Assembly: GCA_021785195.1 (NCBI GenBank)
Contig: JAJYGC010000020.1
Span: 5,817-69,816 of the forward strand
Direction of reading: 5' to 3'
DNA from: Nitrospirota bacterium
GTDB taxonomy: Bacteria; Nitrospirota; Leptospirillia; Leptospirillales; Leptospirillaceae
DNA: 64,000 nucleotides
Shown here: one piece after another, positions 24,816 through 32,605 of the stretch
Layout of the letters: every line of letters begins with the position of its first letter
How positions within the stretch are numbered: position 1 is the stretch's first letter
Notes under the pieces: generated by a model
Seen by the model: only the letters and a program-made list of their open reading frames with translations
The model's database searches: none
Told to the model about the DNA's origin: nothing
Translations under genes and position numbers: made by a program

Positions 24816-26375
24816 CTAGAGGGTTCCTTCGGATTCCCGGCGGGATCGGGCCTTCGCCAGCGTCATTTCATAAAGCGTATTCAGGGAGCCGGAGAACAGG
24901 TCCCGGATATCGGAAAGACCCAGCCGCATCATGGCCATCCTGTCGATTCCCAGTCCCCAGGCGATCACCGGCACATCAATCCCGAGCGGACGGAGGACTT
25001 CGGGTCGGAAGAGCCCCGCACCGCCCAGTTCCATCCATCCCAGGACCGGATGGCGGACATGGACTTCGACAGAGGGTTCCGTAAAGGGGAAGTAGGCGGG
25101 CTTGAAGTGGACTTCACGGGCTCCGGCCACCTCTCTGGCAAAAAGGGAGAGGAGACCGAGAAGGGTTCTGAAGGAGGCCCCCTCTTCAAGGACGATCCCT
25201 TCCGCCTGGTAAAAGTCCACGGCATGGGTCTGATCCACCTGTTCGTACCGGAAGCAGCGGGCCAGGGCGAAGTATTTTCCGGGAATGCGGGGGGTGCCGG
25301 CCATGGTCCGGGCGGACAGCGCGGTCCCCTGGCTTCTGAGGAGAAGCCTTCTGGCCTGGTTTTCGTTGAAGGACTGTCTCCAGCCCCGGCTACCGAAGGT
25401 CTCCCCTTCGCCGGAATGGACGGCACGGACCCGGGGTCCGATGACCGGATCGAGCGGAGGGGATTCCCTGGGCTCCCGGATGAAATAGATGTCGTGGATG
25501 TCCCGGGCCGGATGGGTCTGGGGTATGAACAGGGCATCCATGTTCCAGAATTCGCTTTCAACCAGGGTTCCGGTCATCTCTTCGAATCCCAGCCTGACCA
25601 GCTGTTTTCGCACCCCGTCAAGATATTCCCGATAGGGGTGGGTCAGTCCGATCTGGGGCCTTGGGGGGGGCGTGTTGAGGGAATAGGGTCGGAATGTCCG
25701 GTTCCGGTAGCCATGGCTCTGTATCATTTCGGGGGTCACCGGCCCGAGCTGATCGTTCTGGGAGACAAGGTCCGACTCCCCGATGATTCCGGGTTTCAGG
25801 ACAATCCGGCGTTTTTCACGGACATCGAAGCGGAGGATCCCCTTCCCTTTCCCGCGTTTTCGCTGAAAGGCCCCCAGTAGTTCCTGATCCTCGGGCGAAA
25901 GGGTTTCGAATACCAGCGGGCTGGTTGCTTCGAGTGCCCGAATCAGGGCAAACGTTCTGACCGTCGAGGCGGGCATCGGGTTTCCGAGCCTGAGGATTCC
26001 GCCGGGGACGATGGTGAGGACGCCCATCTCCTTGAGTTCTCCGATGGCTTTGGAAATCTGTCCGGGATCCGCGACCGATTTTCTGAGGTGATCCAGCGTC
26101 AGATCCGGATTGGTCCTGACCTGTTCCAGAATCCATTCCTCGGGGAATCCTTCCCGGACGGCGGTCCGTCCGGAGTCAGTCAGGCTGATTTCCGTGCGGG
26201 TCTCTTCAACGGATTCGAGGATCAGTTCCTTGGCTTTCAGCCATCCCAGTGCCATCTGGATCTGGCCTGGATCCAGGTCCAGGCCGGAGAGGAGGCCTTC
26301 CTCCAAAATCCCCTCCGGGTGCCGGGTCAGCGTTTGGAGCAAAGCGATCTCGAGGGGATGGAAATTCCAGGTCAT
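24816..26375 (-). CDS. pheS: Phenylalanyl-tRNA synthetase alpha subunit, archaeal/eukaryotic type (519 aa)
   Basis: About 200-aa winged-helix-like N-terminal extension, then HPYREY...FWNMDALFIPQTHPARDIHDIYF and the class II core. Bacterial PheS is ~340 aa. Confidence 0.85.
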   Translation of the reverse strand: MTWNFHPLEIALLQTLTRHPEGILEEGLLSGLDLDPGQIQMALGWLKAKELILESVEETRTEISLTDSGRTAVREGFPEEWILEQVRTNPDLTLDHLRKSVADPGQISKAIGELKEMGVLTIVPGGILRLGNPMPASTVRTFALIRALEATSPLVFETLSPEDQELLGAFQRKRGKGKGILRFDVREKRRIVLKPGIIGESDLVSQNDQLGPVTPEMIQSHGYRNRTFRPYSLNTPPPRPQIGLTHPYREYLDGVRKQLVRLGFEEMTGTLVESEFWNMDALFIPQTHPARDIHDIYFIREPRESPPLDPVIGPRVRAVHSGEGETFGSRGWRQSFNENQARRLLLRSQGTALSARTMAGTPRIPGKYFALARCFRYEQVDQTHAVDFYQAEGIVLEEGASFRTLLGLLSLFAREVAGAREVHFKPAYFPFTEPSVEVHVRHPVLGWMELGGAGLFRPEVLRPLGIDVPVIAWGLGIDRMAMMRLGLSDIRDLFSGSLNTLYEMTLAKARSRRESEGTL

Positions 26376-27448
26376 TCAGAAATCCTTTCAGGATCGGGAG
26401 CGTGCGGTTCGGTGGATAATCCGGGGAGCAGGTGGCAGGCCATCCTGTGGGGCCATTGGGAACCGTTCGGGACAGTCGCCACCGCCAATGGGGACAGGCG
26501 GACCGGGGGTGTTTCCGTCCGGCAGATCGACATCCGTTCGGGGCACCGGTCATAAAACGGACACAGGGGGGGAAGAAGGGTGTCTTTTTCCGGAGAGGTT
26601 GGGTTCCTCTCCGACCCGGAAGGGGTTTGCCGGCGATTCGGGTCCCATTCCGGAACGGAGGCGACCAACAGCTTCGTGTAGGGGTGCAAGGGGTTCCGGA
26701 ACACCTCCTGCGACGGTCCTGATTCGACATTCATGCCACGGTAAAGGATCAGGATGTAGTCCGAAAGGTAGGAGACGACCGACAAATCGTGGGAGATGAA
26801 CAGAAAAGTCATCCGGTCTTCCCGGTTCAGTCGGGAAAACAGATTGACAATCTGGGCCTGGATGGACACGTCCAGGGAAGAGATCGGTTCGTCGGCCACC
26901 AGAAAGTCGGGGTTGAGGGCGATTGCCCGTGCAATGCCGATGCGCTGGCGGCCCCCTCCCGAAAATTCCTTCGGCGAACGATCGAGATCGGACGGATCGA
27001 GCCCGACCCGGAGGAGAAGGGATTCGAGCGCTTTTTTCCTTTCGGAGCGATCGGGGAGGACCTTGTGGACCAGGAAGGGTTCCTCGATGGTCTCCCTGAC
27101 CGACATGCGGGGATTGAGCGAAGAATAGGGGTCCTGGAAAATCATCTGGAACCGGCGTCGGATTGCCCGAAGTTCTTTCCCGTGGACCTTGGTGATGTCC
27201 TGACCCCCGAAATGGATGGATCCCGATGTGGGTTCGATGAGACGCATGACAAGTCTTCCCAGCGTGGTTTTTCCGGAGCCGGTTTCCCCGACGAGGCCGA
27301 CGACCGATCCTCTGGGCAGGGAAAACGAGACGTCGCACACCGCGGTCAGCGGTTCCGGAGCACGGAACAGGGAAGTGCGGGGCCGCAGAAAGATTTTGGT
27401 CAGGTTGCGGACTTCGAGCACGGGTTCCATCGGATCACAAATGTTCAT
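26372..27448 (-). CDS. Opp/Dpp-type ABC transporter ATP-binding protein (OppF/DppF-like)
   Basis: GETGSGKTT Walker A, FSGGGRQRIGIARA signature and LVADEPISSLD Walker B. The C-terminal oligopeptide-type Cys-containing extension is present. There are ATGA overlaps at both ends. Confidence 0.88.
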   Translation of the reverse strand: MNICDPMEPVLEVRNLTKIFLRPRTSLFRAPEPLTAVCDVSFSLPRGSVVGLVGETGSGKTTLGRLVMRLIEPTSGSIHFGGQDITKVHGKELRAIRRRFQMIFQDPYSSLNPRMSVRETIEEPFLVHKVLPDRSERKKALESLLLRVGLDPSDLDRSPKEFSGGGRQRIGIARAIALNPDFLVADEPISSLDVSIQAQIVNLFSRLNREDRMTFLFISHDLSVVSYLSDYILILYRGMNVESGPSQEVFRNPLHPYTKLLVASVPEWDPNRRQTPSGSERNPTSPEKDTLLPPLCPFYDRCPERMSICRTETPPVRLSPLAVATVPNGSQWPHRMACHLLPGLSTEPHAPDPERISE

Positions 27449-28464
27449 GCGGCATCCTCGCCGGATCCGGGGTAGAAGCAGAATGCCGCCTCATCGGGCC
27501 CGGTCTCGATCCATGGCGGACTTTCCGTGCGGCAGCGGTTGTCCGCCTTCGGGCACCGGGGTGCGAACGCGCACCCCGGTGGAAGATCCCAGAGCGGTGG
27601 AACCTGTCCCCTGATCGCTTCGAGCGGCCCGTCGTATTTTGTTTTTTGGCCGGCAGAGGGTCTGGAAAGCAAAAGCGCCTGGCTGTACGGGTGGGAGGGG
27701 CCGGAGGAGAAAAATCTTTGTCCGGAAACCGTTTCGACGATGCGTCCAGCGTACATCACGAGGATCCGGTTTGCCGTCCGCCGGACGATCCCGAGATCGT
27801 GGGAGATAAGGATGAGGGCCATCCGATCCACCCTGTTTCTCTCCAGGAGAAGGGAGAGAATCTGGCCCGAAATGGTGACGTCAAGGGCGGTGGTCGGTTC
27901 ATCCGCAATGACGATGTCGGGCTTCAGGGCGATCGCCATCGCGATCAGGACGCGCTGCCTCATGCCCCCCGAGAGCTGGTGGGGGTAAGATCGTGAAATG
28001 GAGTCCGGGCGGGGTAGCCCCACCGAGGAAAGTAGTTCCCGAATGATGGATTCCCGTTGGTCAGAGTTGATTCCCGAGGGATGGCTCTGAAAGATTTCCC
28101 GGAACATGGATCCGATGGTCAGGATCGGGTTGAGCGCACTCTGGGGTTCCTGGAAGACCATACTGATCCTGGAACCGCGCAGGGTGTTCCATTCTTCTTC
28201 GGAAGAGCCGAGGAGTTCTTTCCCCCCGAAGCGGATGGATCCCCCGACCTTTTCGGAAGCTTCCGGAAGCAGGCCCAGAAGGCTGAGTCCTGTCAACGTC
28301 TTTCCGGACCCGGACTCTCCCACGATGGCGAGGAGTCCTCCCCGCTCAAGGGAAAAAGAGACATCGCGGATCGGAAAAATGGGGCCGCGTGGAGTCGGGA
28401 TGGAGACGGAAAGATCCGTGACCTCAAGGATGGGGGTTTGAATTGTCTGGTTTTGTCCGGTCAT
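27445..28464 (-). CDS. Opp/Dpp-type ABC transporter ATP-binding protein (OppD/DppD-like)
   Basis: GESGSGKTL Walker A, LSGGMRQRVLIAMA signature, VIADEPTTALD Walker B, and a C-terminal CAFAPRCP motif. Confidence 0.88.
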   Translation of the reverse strand: MTGQNQTIQTPILEVTDLSVSIPTPRGPIFPIRDVSFSLERGGLLAIVGESGSGKTLTGLSLLGLLPEASEKVGGSIRFGGKELLGSSEEEWNTLRGSRISMVFQEPQSALNPILTIGSMFREIFQSHPSGINSDQRESIIRELLSSVGLPRPDSISRSYPHQLSGGMRQRVLIAMAIALKPDIVIADEPTTALDVTISGQILSLLLERNRVDRMALILISHDLGIVRRTANRILVMYAGRIVETVSGQRFFSSGPSHPYSQALLLSRPSAGQKTKYDGPLEAIRGQVPPLWDLPPGCAFAPRCPKADNRCRTESPPWIETGPDEAAFCFYPGSGEDAA

Positions 28465-28856
28465 CAGGGAAGCGTTTCCCGGTAAGTGGCCCGATAGGGA
28501 ACCATCTCTCCCACCGAAACCTGATCGAGACGGATGTGGGGCGGAAATGCATCTGATCCGGTCATGGCTTCCTTGAGCCGACCAAAAAAAAGGAGTGCCA
28601 CATTCTCCGAGGTCGGGGAACGATCCTTGAAGAAAGGATGGTCATTCAGGTGGGAATGGTCGATCTCCCGGACGATCGGGGCCATGAGAGACTCCGCCTC
28701 GTGAAAGTCCATCGCCATCCCCAGCGGGTTCAATCGGTCCGACGCCCAGGTGACATCGACTGTCCAGTTGTGGCCATGGAGGCGGGAACAGATTCCCGGA
28801 TACCCGGGAATGACATGGGAAGCGGCAAACGTTGCCGATACTGAAATCAGAAACAC
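28464..28856 (-). CDS. queD: 6-carboxy-5,6,7,8-tetrahydropterin synthase
   Basis: CSRLHGHNWTVDV and IDHSHLND motifs in a ~130-aa protein. GTG start with AAGGA 7 nt upstream. Confidence 0.85.
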   Translation of the reverse strand: MFLISVSATFAASHVIPGYPGICSRLHGHNWTVDVTWASDRLNPLGMAMDFHEAESLMAPIVREIDHSHLNDHPFFKDRSPTSENVALLFFGRLKEAMTGSDAFPPHIRLDQVSVGEMVPYRATYRETLP

Positions 28857-29097
28857 GTCCGGATCCTTTCATGCAATGGCTTCGACTATCACGCTGATTC
28901 CAGTTCAGGAATATAACATGATTTGGGGTCGTTCTTCATGGAATTCTGGATGGGGGTCGGGATGGAAAAGGTCCTCCGGCTCCAGAGATTGCCGTCGGGA
29001 AACGCGGAGAAATGATTTCGGGTTTCCCGAAAAGGGAGGAGAAGGCCATTCCGGTCTCAGTGCTCTTGATTCTTTCCCCGTTGGCGAGGTTTGGGTA

Positions 29098-29125
29098 TTG
29101 AAATGGGGAAGTTTTATGCTATGCT
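29098..29125 (+). promoter_or_regulatory. Sigma-70-like promoter candidate
   Basis: TTGAAA (29098-29103), a 16-nt spacer, then TATGCT (29120-29125), upstream of the barrel-protein gene. Confidence 0.3.
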
Positions 29126-29227
29126 TCCCGGAAACCCAGCGAACATTATGGAATTTCATTAGATTTAATTTTGAGAGTCTCGAGAGTCCGACACGATGAA
29201 TGCGTCGTGAATACTCCGGGATGATCT

Positions 29228-30250
29228 GTGTTCATCTTCCCGCAGATTTTGTTGTTCGGGGGATTCTGTCTCAGGGCAACGTTCCGTTGGCCAAATGGGA
29301 AGGGGGGGTTTTTGTCGTTTGAAAATCAATGCATTCTCCGGGAATGCCGTTTTTTTCGGGCCCGTGTCCTCACGTTTCATTTTCGGAAACGAATTCTCCG
29401 GTCCCTTTTCCTCCCCTTTTTCCTGACGACCGTCTTCTTTTCAGGAATGGCAATGCCGGCCAACGCCGATCCGTTCACTGATTTTATCATTTACCCCTAC
29501 GATACGCCAGAGCAGGGCGAGATCAGCATCGGAACCTGGCAGACCCTCCTGCTTCCTTCCCAGTCGGGGGAAAGTCTCTTCAGCCAGTCCCAGCGCAATG
29601 CCAACATCCTGTTTTCCACGTATTCGTTTGAGTTTGGGGTGACCGACTGGTGGACGCTCGGGACTTATGTCGACTTTGTGTCCGGAGCCGGCCAGGGCTA
29701 TTCCTACTACCAGACACGGGCGATCACTTCCCGGATCCGGTTTCCCAAAATTCCGGATTTTATCGACCCAGCGATCCAGATCGAGTATTGGGCCCCTGCC
29801 CCCGGGACGAATGTGCCCTCCTTCTTTGATTTCATCTTGATCGGCGAAAAAAGGATCGGACGGTTTGTTCTGGACATCAACACCAGTTTCATGTTCGAAC
29901 CCGACGTTTCCGGGGGGCCCTTCTCCCTGCCCCCCGATTTTGAATATTCTTCTGGACTTTATTACCTGCTGGCGGAAAATGTGAACTTCGGAATCGAGGC
30001 ATTTGGTGCGACCGGACCGATTACGGGCATGTACGGGTTGGGGGGGACAGCGATCGCCGAGGACCAGCAACAATACATTTTCCAGTCCTGGAACGTGGCG
30101 ATCGGGAACAACATCGACTGGAACATCGGGGTCGGGACGGGGTTGACGGCAGCCAGTGCCCCCCTGGCCATCAAGACCATCTTTGAATACCACTTCATGC
30201 CGTTTGGCTCGAGAGAAAGCCAATCCCAGGAAGAGCAGAACATTCACTGA
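29228..30250 (+). CDS. Putative outer-membrane beta-barrel protein
   Basis: Signal-like FLPFFLTTVFFSGMAMPANA-DP, then alternating aromatic/Gly-rich amphipathic strands ending ...AIKTIFEYHF. The start codon is uncertain, because GTG 29228 gives a long N-region. Confidence 0.55.
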   Translation: MFIFPQILLFGGFCLRATFRWPNGKGGFLSFENQCILRECRFFRARVLTFHFRKRILRSLFLPFFLTTVFFSGMAMPANADPFTDFIIYPYDTPEQGEISIGTWQTLLLPSQSGESLFSQSQRNANILFSTYSFEFGVTDWWTLGTYVDFVSGAGQGYSYYQTRAITSRIRFPKIPDFIDPAIQIEYWAPAPGTNVPSFFDFILIGEKRIGRFVLDINTSFMFEPDVSGGPFSLPPDFEYSSGLYYLLAENVNFGIEAFGATGPITGMYGLGGTAIAEDQQQYIFQSWNVAIGNNIDWNIGVGTGLTAASAPLAIKTIFEYHFMPFGSRESQSQEEQNIH

Positions 30251-30326
30251 AATCGGGTCGGGATCCCGGTCATTGCCGGTGGGCCCGGACTGGTTGTGGC
30301 GCTGTCGATGTGATAAGGTGTCCTCC

Positions 30327-31442
30327 ATGTATTCTGGCCAAGCCCCCTCAATCCGCCGTTTTTCGTTCCCGCCCTTCCCATCTGTTTGCCGGAGAGTCCT
30401 GAACGGGGCCTTTGGTGTCCTGGCCATCGCCTGTGCCGTCACGGCCGTTACGGGATGTTCCGAGAAAACCGCCGGTCCGATCCCGCATCTTTCCATGCCC
30501 CCTTCGACAGGGTTCCGGCTGATTCAGCCGACTCCCACCGTCGTGCCCGCCACGTCCCAGTCTCCGCAAGCCCCCCCTTACATCGGGACGCTTTATACGA
30601 TAGCGGTTCCCCATCCGGGAACGGTTCTTGTGGCGGGGGCACAGTCGACCATCTGGCGGATCCAGGAAAAAACGGGATCCTGGACGAAGATTCCTTCCCC
30701 GGTCTCCGATGATCTCTATAAAATGGTGTTTGTCGATCCGGAGAAGGGATTTATCGTCGGTGACGACGGAGTCATCCTTTCGACCGCCGATGGGGGGAAA
30801 TCATGGATCCGGGTGGCGTCTCCGATTCAGAACGGGTTTTTGCAGGACATTGATTTTCCGGATGCCAGGACCGGTTACATTGTCGGAGAGAAAGGATCTC
30901 TTTTAACCACCCACGACGGCGGCCGGACCTGGAAGGCCCTTCCTTCTCCGACCGGGCAGAATCTGTACGCCGTCTATTTCCGGGACGCGCTTCACGGTTG
31001 GGTGGCCGGATGGGGAAGGACTTTTCTGGAAACCCGTGACGGCGGCCGGACCTTCTCCCCCGTTCCCCTTTCCATCCCCCGGGTGACCCGGCAGGACCCA
31101 TCCTTTAACGCGCTCTGGGGCCAAGGGGAAAGGGTGGTCCTGGCCGGTGACCACGGACTTCTCTATCGCTCTTCGGACGGCGGCCGGTCTTTTGCGCGGA
31201 TCGCCCTTCCGGCGGAGCGGGACCTCTACGGAATCTGCGAAGAGGGTCAGGCGGGACTGGTGGTGGCCGGAGGGGAGGGAACGCTGTTCATGGTCGGGGA
31301 ATCCGGCTCCGTCCGGAGCCTGATTCCCCCGGCGCCCGTCGCGGATTTTTTGGGGGTGTCCTGCGGGTCGACCCACGTTCGGGTCGCGGGAGTGCCGGAC
31401 ATCATCCTTCTTCCGCTGGATCAAGCCAAGGTCCAACCCTAA
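30327..31442 (+). CDS. Ycf48/BNR-like beta-propeller lipoprotein
   Basis: ATG 30327 follows AAGGTG. Lipobox AVTAVTG-C. Repeated S-x-D-G-G-x-(S/T)-W blades (STADGGKSW, THDGGRTW, TRDGGRTF, SSDGGRSF). Confidence 0.75.
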   Translation: MYSGQAPSIRRFSFPPFPSVCRRVLNGAFGVLAIACAVTAVTGCSEKTAGPIPHLSMPPSTGFRLIQPTPTVVPATSQSPQAPPYIGTLYTIAVPHPGTVLVAGAQSTIWRIQEKTGSWTKIPSPVSDDLYKMVFVDPEKGFIVGDDGVILSTADGGKSWIRVASPIQNGFLQDIDFPDARTGYIVGEKGSLLTTHDGGRTWKALPSPTGQNLYAVYFRDALHGWVAGWGRTFLETRDGGRTFSPVPLSIPRVTRQDPSFNALWGQGERVVLAGDHGLLYRSSDGGRSFARIALPAERDLYGICEEGQAGLVVAGGEGTLFMVGESGSVRSLIPPAPVADFLGVSCGSTHVRVAGVPDIILLPLDQAKVQP

Positions 31443-31457
31443 GGATCAACCCAAGGG

Positions 31458-31952
31458 CTAGGGCCGTTGCCCGAAATGCTTTTGAGCCGGTGCAGGAGCG
31501 TGTTTCTGGCGCAGGTCCTGGCACCGTTTGCAGACCCCGTAGATTTCCAGCCGGTGGGACACGATGGTGAAGTTGTTCTCCTGGGCCGCGAGGTTCTGGA
31601 GATGTTCGATCACCGGTTGCCCGAATTCAACCACCGTTCCGCATTCGATACAGATCAGATGGTCATGGTGAATCGTGGTCTTGACTTCATAACGGCTGAA
31701 CTCGTCATTGAACCGGTGTTCCTCGACCAGACCCTTTTCCGTCAGGAGATGGAGGGTGCGGTAGATGGTCGCCAGGCCGATCTTCGGATATTTTTCCCGG
31801 ACCAGGAAATAGAGTTCTTCGGCACTGATGTGTTTTTCGCTGCGAAAGAGCGTTCCCGCGATCATTAGGCGCTGGGGGGTCACCTGGATCCCGGCTTCCC
31901 TGAACTGGGAGGCGAGGTGGGATACGTCGGAATCACTGGGGTTGGGGCCCAT
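31458..31952 (-). CDS. fur: Fur-family metalloregulator
   Basis: VTPQRLMI...ISAEELY...IGLATIYRTL (wHTH), HHDHLICIECG, and the C-terminal CKRC. Confidence 0.85.
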   Translation of the reverse strand: MGPNPSDSDVSHLASQFREAGIQVTPQRLMIAGTLFRSEKHISAEELYFLVREKYPKIGLATIYRTLHLLTEKGLVEEHRFNDEFSRYEVKTTIHHDHLICIECGTVVEFGQPVIEHLQNLAAQENNFTIVSHRLEIYGVCKRCQDLRQKHAPAPAQKHFGQRP

Positions 31953-32163
31953 GGCGAGATAATCCCCTTTGCGCTTCGGGTGTCCGGACTGTTTGGGTGA
32001 CGCTTCAGGACTCAGGTCAGAATGAACAAATGCCTATCCTCCCATGGTACAACTCAAAATAGTGTTTCCGCAAGGAATCCGGCTGTTTTAACCAAATTTG
32101 ACAGGGAATCCCCCGCTTTTTGGGTTGACCTGGAAGCCCATGTGGAATTTCGGACCCGCTTGT

Positions 32164-32192
32164 TGAAATTTATACTAGATACCGATATATCA
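32164..32192 (+). promoter_or_regulatory. Promoter candidate overlapping palindrome GATATATC, upstream of the XRE gene and the Ehr-like operon
   Basis: TTGAAA (32164-32169), a 17-nt spacer, then TATATC (32187-32192). The palindrome GATATATC (32185-32192) overlaps the -10 element. GGAGGA RBS at 32216. Confidence 0.3.
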
Positions 32193-32229
32193 TATGCAGG
32201 GATAACAGTTGACTGGAGGAATCCTATAA

Positions 32230-32604
32230 ATGCGATCACCCATTCCCCCCACCCATCCGGGCCGTGTTTTGGTCGAGGAGTTTCTTGAACCGCTCGGGAT
32301 TACCCAGACCTCATTTTCCAATCATCTGGGATGGACCTTTGCGCGCCTCAACGAAATCGTCAACGCCAGGCGCGGGATCACCCCGGATTCTGCGTTGCAT
32401 TTTTCGGAGGCTTTGGCGGGTACGTCTCCCGAGTTCTGGCTCGATCTCCAGAGAGACTGGGACCTGTGGCAGTCCCGTTCCGGACATTCGAAGAGCGCTC
32501 CCCACAGTCTTGTCCTGACCCCAGAAGGCCAGAGCATCATCCAGAATGCCTTGAGGAAACGAGAATGGAAAACAGGACCGATGGCGTCCAGTTCCAAAGA
32601 GTGA
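32230..32604 (+). CDS. HigA-family (XRE HTH) antitoxin-like regulator, no adjacent toxin
   Basis: PTHPGRVLVEEFLEPLGITQTSFSNHLGWTFARLNEIVNARRGITPDSALHFSEALAGTSPEFWLDLQRDWDL matches the HigA/VapI pattern. The stop lies 1 nt before the next gene's ATG. Confidence 0.8.
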   Translation: MRSPIPPTHPGRVLVEEFLEPLGITQTSFSNHLGWTFARLNEIVNARRGITPDSALHFSEALAGTSPEFWLDLQRDWDLWQSRSGHSKSAPHSLVLTPEGQSIIQNALRKREWKTGPMASSSKE

Positions 32605-32605
32605 A

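Noticed and set aside
28857-28960. Possible preQ1 riboswitch upstream of queD (minus strand)
   Set aside because: The leader (…ccattgcatgaaaggatccggacGTG) has no preQ1-I/II-like hairpin with an A-rich tail. It holds only an RBS and unremarkable sequence.
28873-29199. 109-aa Trp/Gly/Ser-rich ORF (and an 84-aa minus-strand ORF) in the queD / barrel-gene intergenic region
   Set aside because: No RBS, no motif and odd composition. The region is more likely to hold divergent promoters. A 7-bp hairpin at 28998-29038 was noted, but it has no terminator context.
32022-32288. 88-aa ORF upstream of or overlapping the HigA-like gene, as a HigB toxin or pseudogene
   Set aside because: Only a ~20-aa stretch faintly resembles the HigB core. 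The spacing of conserved residues does not fit, the ORF overlaps higA by 59 nt in another frame, and it lacks an RBS. It cannot be supported without an HMM search, so it is mentioned only within the HigA finding.
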